Shown here: positions 27,259 to 37,474 of the stretch, piece after piece
Numbering within the stretch: position 1 is the stretch's first letter
Layout of the letters: each line of letters opens with the position of its first letter
Source of the DNA: Octopus sinensis
Taxonomy: Eukaryota
Reading direction: 5' to 3'
DNA: 64,000 nucleotides
Assembly (NCBI RefSeq): GCF_006345805.1
Contig: NC_043003.1
Span: 89,342,001-89,406,000 of the forward strand
Program-made: the position numbers and the translations under genes
The notes under the pieces: generated by a model
Told to the model about the DNA's origin: nothing
Seen by the model: only the letters and a program-made list of their open reading frames with translations
Databases searched by the model: none

Positions 27259-28063
27259 GACTGCACTGGTATGGTCATGTGGTGAGAATGGATGAGGATA
27301 GCTGTGAGAAAATGTGTAACTGCTTTGCAGTTGAGGGTAACTGTGGAAGAGGTAGACCCAGGAAGACCTGGCATGAGGTAGTGAAGCACGACCTTTGAAC
27401 ATTAGGCCTCACCGAGGCAATGACTAGTGACTAGTGACCGAGACTTTTGGAAATATGCTGTGCTTGAGAAGACCCGGAAAGCCAAGTGAGACCATAAACC
27501 ATGGCCTATGCCAGTGGTGTAACCAGCCCACTTATGCATACCTTGCTTGCGAAGACCTGTTGAGGTAAGTGAAATCGAAATCAAATTTGATGACAGCACC
27601 GCATGACTGGCATCCGTGTTAGTGGAGTGCTAAGAGCACCATCCAAGTGTGATCTTTGCCAGGGATGCTGACTGGCCCCCGTACGGTGGCACGTAAATAG
27701 CACCATTCGAGCGTAATCGTTACTAGCGTTGCCTTACTGGCACTTGTGCCTGTGGTACATGAAAAACAACATTCAAGTGAGGGCATTGCCTGTGCCGCTG
27801 GACTGGCTCCTGTGCAGGTGACATGTAAAAATACCATTTGAGCATGGCTGTTGCCAGTACCACCTAACTTGCTTTCATGCCAGTGGCACATAAAAGCACC
27901 TACTGCACTCTTGGAGTGGTTGGCGTTAGGAAGGGCATCCAGCTGTAGAAACTTTGCCAGATCTGATTGGAGCCTGGTGCAGCCATCTGGCTCACCAGTA
28001 CCCAGTGAAACCATCCAACCCATGCCAGCATGGAAAGTGGACGTTAAACGATGATGATGATGA
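27259..28063 (+). mobile_element. RTE LINE 3' fragment, inverted relative to the adjacent copy
   Basis: Begins at LHWYGHVV and ends GGAAAGTGGACGTTAAAC(GAT)n. Confidence 0.92.
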
Positions 28064-29114
28064 CATTATTCAATAATATTTACAACACTAGTGTGGCTTG
28101 TTTGACCTTCTGTGAAGGTTAAATTCCTGAAATCAGCTTTCACCTATGTGTTCCCAGGTCTTCATCTTTCATAAACTCTTTCCACATTTATTGATTAACA
28201 CTTCTTTAGACAGGTATCCTCATTCATATGCATCACATGTCTTGTTTCTTGCACACTACATCTTATTGCTCTTCTGTCCAGTTTTTCTCTGAATACATTT
28301 GTATTTTGTTGTTCATGCACATTTACATTTTCACATTGAACAGAGCTTGTTTACTTAATTTTTTTCTAGTCTTCTCAAGTCCTCTGCCATCAAGGCCCAT
28401 GTCCCACCACCATGTAGCATTGGAGTTCTAACACAAGCATCATACAATCTGCACTTCTCTTCAAGGGAAAAGGCTTTTCTTGCCAGCAAGTAGTGGGAGC
28501 TACTTAATCTTTTTCCAACTTGTTCTTACTCTGGTTATTATACATTTGGAGCAACAACCTTCTCTGCTAATTATGTCTCCAAGATACAAAAGCTATTGAT
28601 TACCTCTAGTGAGTCATCTAGGTGATTAACCCATAAAGCACTGGGATTTGCACTTACATAATAGCATAGACTGCTGGGCACATTTTATGAAAATGAGACT
28701 ACCATGCACACATAAAAAACAAAAAAATAGTTAAAATATCTTCTTAGTATATAATGGTGGCAAGTTTTACATCATCTGAAAAGTCATTAGTTGAACTATG
28801 AGTCCTCTTGCATTCTGGCGGGTATCGGAGCGTTTGAGTGACATTAGACCCCAACAAATGCCCATAAATTAAATACACCTCTCTGGGTCATGATCGTGAC
28901 CTGTCGATCTGTGCCTGATAGCCATGATTGTGGCCCGTTGCACTTTATGTGTTAAGAGGATCTATTTCTGGTGTGCTCACGGTATGTACTGCTCTTATGC
29001 ATCTGTCACACTTGGAGCTTACTTTCTCTGTTAGTTTGCTTGTGATTCCACTACACCTCTTGTGTGATATTAGTGAGTATTTTTAGCTATCAATTTTGTG
29101 ATTATCTTCTTCAG

Positions 29115-29269
29115 GTATGGCTAAAAAGATTGGAATGTTAAAAATTGCTCATGACAAATACAAAACTCCCAGGAAAGACTCTGATCCAATTATCACAGAT
29201 TTCCTGTCATCATTTGAGTCCTGCAAAGAGTACAACAAAGAAATAGAACCCTTATTATCAAAGACTCAG
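29115..29269 (+). CDS. POLR3A: RNA polymerase III largest subunit (RPC1), internal coding exon, 155 nt
   Basis: ttcttcAG acceptor and GTaatg donor. Translates (G)MAKKIGMLKIAHDKYKTPRKDSDPIITDFLSSFESCKEYNKEIEPLLSKTQ, which aligns with human POLR3A GTVKKCGLLKIIHEKYK...EVEPLLGRAQ as recalled. Joins the next exon in phase 0. Confidence 0.95.
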
Positions 29270-29439
29270 GTAATGTGCAAAATTCTTTTATTTTACCTCC
29301 AAAACTTCCTTGTTTTTATTGTAGTAATGATTTCTATGGCTGTATGTGTGAATATTGTTGTGAAATCATAGCAACATATAAAAGAATGCATAATAGAATA
29401 TCTAATGGAAGAGTTAGACTCATTACTATCTAATGTCTG

Positions 29440-29650
29440 TCTTCCAAGCTGGCCTGGGTTTCATCTAATGAGCCAGAAACTCTAGTGTCTACTTCGGCAT
29501 CTATTGCTGGATGCCCTTCCTAATGCCAATCACTTTCCAGAATGTACTGGGTGGTTTTTTTCGCGACACCAACACTAGGGAAGTCACCATGTGACTTGCA
29601 AGACAAAAAAGCAGCAGCCTCCTGGAGGGAGTTGCTTTATGCCAGGTGTT
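29440..29650 (-). mobile_element. Degenerate RTE or RTE-tailed SINE 3' remnant
   Basis: Contains CTGGATGCCCTTCCTAATGCCAATCAC, the conserved RTE 3' UTR motif seen in the other copies. Confidence 0.65.
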
Positions 29651-29664
29651 AGGATTCTAAAATA

Positions 29665-31020
29665 TTGGGTTATCCCATAAATAATGCAGTTTTTTTATAT
29701 TTCATTTATTTTTCAAAATTAAGATAAACTTCTTTTTTAAATTTAAAATATACTCTCCTTCATTTTCTACAATGCTCTTCCATCTATCTGATAGACTTGC
29801 AAGACCCCTCTTCCAAAATCCACTTGTCTGTGATGAAAAATACTCCTCTAATACTATACTGACCTCATCTACAGAATTCATATTTTTTCTGTCCAAATGA
29901 TTTTGAAGACTCCCCCTCCTCCACCACCCCACCCTACATAAACTAGTGCATGCACTCAGATTCCCCTACTCCATTTTAATAACTCCGCTGAAAGAAGATG
30001 CTCAGATAAGAAGTTTTGTGCAGGTAGCACATAAAAACACCTTTTGAGCGTGGTCGTTGTCAAAACTGCCTGACTAGCCCTTTTACTGGTGGCACATAAA
30101 AGCACCCACTACACTCTCGCAGTGGTTGGTGTTAGGAAGGGCATCCAACTGTAGAAACTTTACCAGATCAGACCGAGCCAGGTGCAGCCTCTGGCTCACA
30201 AGTCCTAAGTCAAACTGTCCAACCCATGCCAACATGGAAAGTGGACATTAAACGAAGATGATGATGTGGTATAAATGATAATCAGATGAAGCAATCTCCA
30301 GTGAATATGGTGGGTGGGGCATCATTTCTCATTCAAACTGTTCCAGCCTTTGGAATGTCATCCTCACTGTATGAGGCTGAGTATTATCCTGATGGAAGAA
30401 CACCTTTCGTCTTGAAACCAAAGATAGTTGTTTTTCTTTAAAAGTTCAAAGTGGACTAAACCTTTCATATCCCACCAAACAGATAACAACACCTTACATG
30501 GGTGAAGACCTTCTTTAATCTGGAGTGTCGGTGTTTCTCCTTTCTCTACCCACTGTTTTCGGTGCTTGACATTTTTATAGAGAACCCATTTCTCATCACC
30601 AGTCACTATTTGTCCAAAAAAGGTTCATTCATGAGACGTGACAGCAAAGAAGAACACACATTCACTCTCTGCACATGATTAGACTGGGAAAGTTTGTGAG
30701 GAACCCGTTGATCCAATTTGCTGACTTTTCTGATGACACATAGGTGTCAATGAATGGTTGAATGACCAAATCCAAGCTTCTCTACTAGTTCCTTAACAGT
30801 TATGATGGGATTTTGTTCCACCAGGGTTTGCAAGATGTCCTTGTTGAACTCTACAGATCTTCCAGGATAAGACTTGTCTTCTAGGCTGTAGTTTCTGGCT
30901 TGGAATTTCTGGAACCACCATTGACACTGGCTTACACTAATTGTCCGATCCCCATAGACTGCATTAATATTCCTTGCACTTTCTGTTGTATTGTTGCTTT
31001 TATTGTATCTCAGTGTATAT
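29665..31020 (-). mobile_element. Mariner transposon remnant (one TIR visible), interrupted by an RTE fragment
   Basis: TA followed by TIR TTGGGTTATCCCATAAATAATGCAGTTTTT. Transposase remnants include an HTH region (ESARNINAVYGD), TGDEKW, KVLLSVWWD, HQDN and PYSLEIASSDYHL (degenerate YSPDLAPSDYHL). Confidence 0.9.
29914..30266 (+). mobile_element. RTE 3' fragment nested inside the mariner
   Basis: The RTE 3' UTR and (GAT)n tail separate SDYHL from RSLQNHL of the transposase. Confidence 0.85.
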
Positions 31021-31705
31021 ATCATCATCATCGTCGTTTAACGTCCGTTCTCCATGCTAGCATGGGTTGGACGGTTCGACCGGGGTTCTGGGAAGCCAGA
31101 AGGCTGCACCAGGCTCCAGTCTAATTTGGCAATGTTTCTACAGCTGGATGCCCTTCCTAACGCCAACCACTCCGTGAGTGTAGTGGGTGCTTTTTACGTG
31201 CCACCTGCACAGGTGCCAGGCGGGGCTGGCAACGGCCACGGTCAGATTGGTGTATTTTATGTGCCACCGGCACGGAAGCCAGTCGAGGCGGTGCTGGCAT
31301 CGGCCACGAGTCGGATAGTGCTTTTTACGTACCACCAGACCAGGGATCCTGGCTGGTTCAATTCGATTTCGATTTCGCTTGCCCCAACATGTCTTCACAA
31401 GCAAAGGGGGTTGGCAAGGGTGCCTGTCGTACGGTCGCATTGGAGTATTTCACATGCCACGGCCACGAGTCGGATAGTGCTTTTTACGTACCACCAGACC
31501 AGGGATCCTGGCTGGTTCAATCGATTTCGATTTCGCTTGCCCCAACATGTCTTCACAAGCAAAGGGGGTTGGCATGGGTGCCTGTCGTACGGTCGCATTG
31601 GAGTATTTTACGTGCCACGGCCACGAGTCGGATAGTGCTTTTTACGTACCACCAGGCCAGGGATCCTGGCTGGTTCAATTCGGTTTCGATTTCGATTTCG
31701 ATTTA
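31021..31705 (-). mobile_element. RTE 3' UTR fragment with ~2.5 tandem copies of a ~159-bp unit
   Basis: (CAT)n tail at 31021; GGCCACGAGTCGGATAGTGC recurs at 31302, 31461 and 31619. Confidence 0.9.
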
Positions 31706-31999
31706 TATGTGCATATATGTTTATGTATGTATACCAGTAATACCAGTAAAACAATGTGTGCATCACGCCGTTCACAGTACATATTAGGTGGAAAAAATCC
31801 CATAGAATACATCAACCGCATAATATAGTGAAATAGTAACATAATAATAATAATAATAATACAGTACAATACAAAACATTATAGATCAGCAAACACATAT
31901 AAAATGAAAAATATTGATTTACATCATAGCAAAATCCAGAAGTGTACATGCAGTAGAACTAGAAATGTAGTCTACAGCATAAGGTACTTACAATATATA

Positions 32000-32560
32000 T
32001 ATACACTGGTAGGTTTGTTAGTAGGCTGTTTTGTAGGTGAATAGATATATATCTTGGTAGCTAAATGGATATGTAGGTAAACAAATAGGTAAATAGATAG
32101 GTAAATAGGTAATTCGGACAGACAAGCACACACATGCACATTCCACACACGCACACTACACACACACACACAAGGACACATGGAGACATATCCATACATA
32201 ACAGATGCACGTACATAGTCACACAAACCCATACTCATAGACACACTCAAATACACACACACACACACACACAAGGAGACAGAGCTACATACACAAACAC
32301 CACACACACACACAAACACAAACATGCAGACAGACACATGAATATGCAGAATGCATGCATACAAACATACACATACACATACATATATATATACACACAT
32401 ACATACATACATATGTGTATACACACACACTGACTGACATACACACACATACATGCTCAAAAACAAACATGCAAAAAGAATGCTGCTCCGATAACAGACA
32501 GAGTCAACAACAATTGAAAAAGTTGCAAGAAGCAACAAAAATTTTAGAAAAAATAAATAA
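32000..32560. repeat. (CA)/(TACA)-rich low-complexity tract
   Basis: Direct reading; it produces spurious V/C/H/T-rich ORFs. Confidence 0.85.
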
Positions 32561-32659
32561 ATGAGTGGAAATTGAACCAGTGAGTGTGTTGATTAATAAG
32601 GCATTAAAACAGAATGACTCTCCTCAGAAACAACAATATATATATGTGTGTGTGTATAT

Positions 32660-35600
32660 TACAACAAAAAGTTAAATTCTGGTCATAGAGTTACCAAAGG
32701 TTCCATACCCACAGACTTGTGGATAGCTCATCAGACTCTATACAAAGACAAAAAAAATTAAACTTTCTACTACGCGGACGTGAGGAAACACTCATATTGA
32801 GATTTAATGGCTAATGTATAAAAACGTTAATAAAGCTGTGTTATCTTCCCTTATGAACCCGAAATAACCTAACCAGCAAATGGGGAGATCCAGTAGGCAG
32901 TGCTTGAACTGGACACATTTAGAGAAAACTTCTTAACATCTATTTGATGTGCTAGGTTTAGCATAGACCTTAAGAATTTTGGTTCTCTCTGTGATGCAGA
33001 TTTTGCAATGGTCACTCTCACTAATATATGGGGCTGGTTGTTTTGTTATTTTCCATTGATATCACATGGGATCCCTTGGTTTTTGAGGTGCCACACATGG
33101 CTGGCCAAGGATGTAACAAAATGTCTTTCTGGGACTCTAAAGGATGACCGGTGCTTGTGGAAGCAATGTTTGAAAAATGTACTGGCCAATCCAATGTATT
33201 TACAAGCTTGTGTTGTGGCTATATTCGCACTCCTGGTATATCTCTGGAAGGCTCCGAGCCTGGGGATGTTGTTGATAACACCATTTCTGATGTTGTTGAT
33301 ATGGTGCAATTATCCGGCGGTGTTATCACTGTCATTATTGTTTCTGGTCATATGGTTGACTATGTAGCTGCCAGCATTAGTGTGGGTGCAGCTGGTGGTC
33401 AAATATGGTGTGAGGCCGGTTATCCCACTAGTGTCGATGATAATAGTTTGGTCATTGTCTGTGGTAATTGTACTGGGGTCGTCGGATACCTCCTCTGTGT
33501 TGCTTGTTCTGGATTGGTCATCATCTCTAGGTGTAGCAATTGTACTGGTAGTAACATATGGTGTGGGGCTGGAATCTCTGTTGGTGTAAATGATGATGGT
33601 TTGTTCATCATCTGTGGCAGTGGTACTGAGATTGTTCGTTACCTCCTCTGTGTCACTGGTCATGGCAAGTGTACTTACACAAGACCTGGCTACTCTGCTA
33701 TTATTGCTGTTGGATTGTAGATTGCTGGTGATGCGGATAGCTGGTATAGGTGTCACCATAGCTTTATAGGTGAGTCCTTTGGCTGCCTACTGGACAGTTA
33801 GTGTATAACTTGCAAGAGCAATCTGCCTCCTCTCTTGTATTGTGGGTACTTGTTAAAATTCTTTTTATGTTAGGTGCACAACTAAAGGACACTCTTAGAT
33901 TGTGCCTGTTAAATAATTGCCTGTATCTATGTGTGCGTATGAAATGTTTCTCTATTAATCTAAGCAAAATGACCATTCCGAAATACAACAATGTCGGTTT
34001 CAACACACAACTTCACATAAAAATAATCTTGCACATCAAATATATAAATGTAATAACTAAGGAAAATCCTTCCCACACAAATCGTGACATTGAGCAAGAA
34101 GGGTGGAGCAAACCAAATGAGGTTTCTGCAGCGCTTCCTTTTCTGGGTGCTAAGGCCCGGCATGTAGGAGATGCAGTCCTTAAACCCACTTGATGCCAGT
34201 GCCTCATTGTAGTAGGAGGCAGCAGCATCGAAGATATCTTGGCTAGAGATCCTCTTGCTTACGCCCTTCACTAAGTTCTTGAAAACTATAGGGGTTAGGG
34301 GTGGCAGGAGGTTGAGTTAATATAGGACAGCTTCTTGTTTGGCTTGTGATAGGGCCTGTATGTACAAGAGCCCAGATCTAAAGTAACATCTAGGAAATCT
34401 ACTGTGGTTAGATTAGTCTCAATGGCGATCTTGAGTCCCATTGAGCCTAGGGCATTAATTAGGTCTTTCTAAGTCTATCTAGTGTGTGCCTGTTGACCCC
34501 TCTAGAGATGGCTAGAGACCGAAGAGGACCGAAGGAAACCTCTTCCTTGAGATGTCCAGGATGTACAGTCTGATGAGAACGCAGACATTGGCGCTCTCAT
34601 AGGCTCCCATAGCCACATTGAAGGAGCCTTCGGGGTCAGATTGCTTGACCACATCAAATCTTTGTTGAACAGCACTGTTTTCCTGGCATTTATAGTAATG
34701 CTAATATCACTATCACTAATATCTGTGAAGTCCTTAGCAAAAGAAAGAGCCTTCATCAACAACTCTTTTGAAATTGATGGATAGAAGTCAACAATGTCTA
34801 ACTTTGTAAACCTAACCCTGCCTCTCTCCCAGTTGGCAATAATCCATTAGGCCACCTTATTGGTGCTGCACCATAGAGGGAGGCTCATGTGCTTCCTTAT
34901 GTCATCATTAATCTTCATTAGTATATACTTACTCACCTGGCCAATCTCAGACTTGGTCGGATTGATCAGGTGATATTTGGGATTAGAGGCAAAATTCAGC
35001 TTGTGGTCCTTTAAAGTGATAAAAGCATTTCTCTTAGCCAAGATATATACTCTGACTGCAATACCTAGGCTAATTGCTATCTGTTTAACTTCACAGTTAA
35101 TATTATTGTAAGTGTGTGGGGAAGTGCATCTACTTTTGTGTAATAAAATCATTTAAAAGTCTATCGTAAGTGAATGTGTCTTTCATGTATAAGTTCTTAG
35201 TCTTATCTGAGAAGATTAAAGACCTGTTAGAGTTTCTTATTTTTTGTTTATCTCCATGGAGCTTGCTTCAAAAAAGGGAAAAGGACTTACAGAATTTCAG
35301 CCTGGGTATTATGCCCAGTAGGTCCACTTCGAAGGCCCCAACTTCCTTGATTCTAGGTGGGAATTTCCTAGATTTGATATCATATGTGTTGGCCTCGGAG
35401 GGTGTTGTGCTTTGATTATAAAAAAACGCCTTCCACCTCATGCGCCTTATAAGTTCTATCATTTTCTCCAGTACCATTTTCATATAGACCTCATTGGAAG
35501 GTGTTGGGATATTTTTTGCAGAATATTCAATATCAAAACATTCCATGTTTTTCTTGGGGTAGCAATTGACAATATGTAGAAGTGCAGAGTTTGGTACAGG

Positions 35601-35690
35601 TATCAAATGCAGACCATGTAGTGTGACCTTCATAAGACACTAATTCTGGTCATAGAGTTACCAAGGGTTTCGTATCCATGAAAACCATAG
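32660..35690 (-). mobile_element. Penelope-like element 2 (RT plus C-terminal GIY-YIG, possibly Nematis-like) with 3' pLTR and a partial 5' pLTR
   Basis: EYSAKNIPTPS...RRMRWKAFFY, DIVDFYPSISKELL, FDVAMGAY and KYIGLASTFFK remnants. The block TAATTCTGGTCATAGAGTTACCA occurs at both ~32675 and ~35641. The clade call is tentative. Confidence 0.88.
32685..32741 (-). ncRNA. Type I hammerhead ribozyme in the PLE 2 3' pLTR, probably inactive (A13G)
   Basis: AUAGAGU-CUGAUGA-GCUAUCCACA-aguc-UGUGGGUAU-GGAA-CC-uuu-GG-UA-ACUCUAU; 7-bp stem I. Confidence 0.75.
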
Positions 35691-35694
35691 ACTG

Positions 35695-36125
35695 AGGGCT
35701 GGCGAACCAGAAGGCTGCACCAGGCTACAATCTGATCTGGCAATGTTTCTACAGCTGGATGCCCTTCCTAATGCCAACCACTCCGAGAATGTAGTAGGTG
35801 CTTTTTACATGCCACCATCACAGAAGCCAGTCAGGCGGTACTGGGGACCATTCATGCAGCACTGGCATTGACCACACTCGGATGGTGCTTTTTACGTGCC
35901 ACTGGCTGGGTGCCAATCAGGCAGTACTGTTATCGGCCACTGACAACAACTTCACTTGCCTCAACAGGTCTTCACAAGCGCAGTTTATAGCCCATTGATT
36001 GAAGGGTACTCTTAAATGGAGCTGGTTATGCTGCACTGGCATAAGCCACGGTTACGGTCTCACTTGGTTTGCCAGGTTTTCTCAAGCACAGCATATCTCC
36101 AAAGGTCTTGGTCACTTGTCATCGG
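35695..36125 (-). mobile_element. RTE 3' fragment between PLE 2 and its inverted copy
   Basis: Matches the RTE 3' UTR at 25070-25740. Confidence 0.85.
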
Positions 36126-36129
36126 CACT

Positions 36130-37010
36130 GATGGGATGACTGGCCCACACCATATGTTATCGCCAGCTGCACCCACACTGATGTGGGCAGCTACACTGCC
36201 AACCATATGATCAGAAATGATAACCATGGTGATAACACTGCCAGATCATTGTGCCATATCGACAACATCAGTAAAGGTGTTACTAACAGTATCCCCAGGC
36301 CAGGAGCCTTCCAGAGATATACCAGGAATGCGAATATAGCCACATCACAAGTTTGTAAATACCCAACCCGTGCTAGCGCGGAAAGCGGACGTTAAACGAT
36401 GATGATGATTGGATTGGCTAGTACATTTTTCAAATGTTGCTTCCACAACCATGAGTCATCCTTCAGTGTCCCAGAAAGATATTTTGTCATGTCCCTGGTC
36501 AGCCATGTGTGGAATCTCAAAGATCAAGGGGCCCCTGTGAGATATCAAGTGGAAAATAATTGAACGTCCAGCCCATATATTAATGGGAGTGGCCTTTGCA
36601 AAATCTGCATCATGGACTGAACCAAAATTCTTAAGGACTATACCAAACCTGGGATTAGCATTTTAGATAGTTGTAAAGAAGTTTTCTCTGTGTTCATTTC
36701 AAGCACTGCTGACTGGAAAATTGGATTTCCCCAATTTGGTGGTTTGGCTATTTCAGGTCTGTAATAGTTTTTTAATCCTCTGGTCCAGGGGAAATAACCC
36801 ATCCTTATTAATGTTTTTATACGTTAGCTGTTAAACCTCGATATCTGAGAGTTTCCTCTCGTCCACATAGTAGAAAGTTTAATTTTTTACCTTTGTATAG
36901 AGTCTGATGAGCTATCCACAAGGCTGTGGCTTTCGTTTATCAAAACCTTTGGTAACTCCATGACCAGAGTTTAACTTTTTGTTTTAATAATTACTGCTTT
37001 AGTACTTAGT
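36130..37010 (+). mobile_element. Inverted partial copy of PLE 2 (endonuclease region plus pLTR)
   Basis: Reverse-complement homolog of ~32660-33420; contains a ~49-bp RTE tail insertion at 36361-36409. Confidence 0.85.
36895..36961 (+). ncRNA. Hammerhead motif in the inverted pLTR, G12A plus stem II insertion, probably dead
   Basis: AUAGAGU-CUGAUGA-GCUAUCCACA-aggc-UGUGG-(insert)-C-AAAA-CC-uuu-GG-UA-ACUCCAU. Confidence 0.65.
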
Positions 37011-37029
37011 TTACCTCTTTTCTGATATT

Positions 37030-37089
<60 letters not shown>

Positions 37090-37474
37090 ATATATTAATA
37101 TATATTAATATTATACTGTATAAAATATTCACATGTTTCGGTAAATTGAATGTTTGTTAAAATGACCTCCTCAGTGTTTAGCAAAATACCAATTATATAA
37201 AAATTATAAATATATCAAAATATACCAGACTATATAATTTTCAAGAAATGAGAAGATAATCTTGCCAGTTAATTTTATAAAATCTATTATATATAAATCA
37301 CAGTATGTGTGTGTGTATAATGACTAATGCATACATTTCCACAATTCTCAACTGATTTTCTCCAAACTTTATATACACATCACTTATGTCCCAAGGATGG
37401 TCATGTACATTTTACCCAGAGCTTCTGTGTAAAAGGACATAGTTTTTTGTATGTAGGGTCTTCCATACTTTTTT

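Noticed and set aside
28780-29090. Possible intronic C/D snoRNA or the missing upstream POLR3A exon
   Set aside because: No proper RUGAUGA box with terminal stem, and no frame resembling the expected Cys-rich CK.C...C..C exon.
29117-29371. 84-aa ORF as a standalone gene starting at ATG 29117
   Set aside because: The ATG is an internal Met of a POLR3A exon; similarity stops at the GT donor at 29270.
33151-33720. 189-aa plus-strand ORF
   Set aside because: It is the antisense shadow of the repetitive PLE insert; no splice, start-context or homology support.
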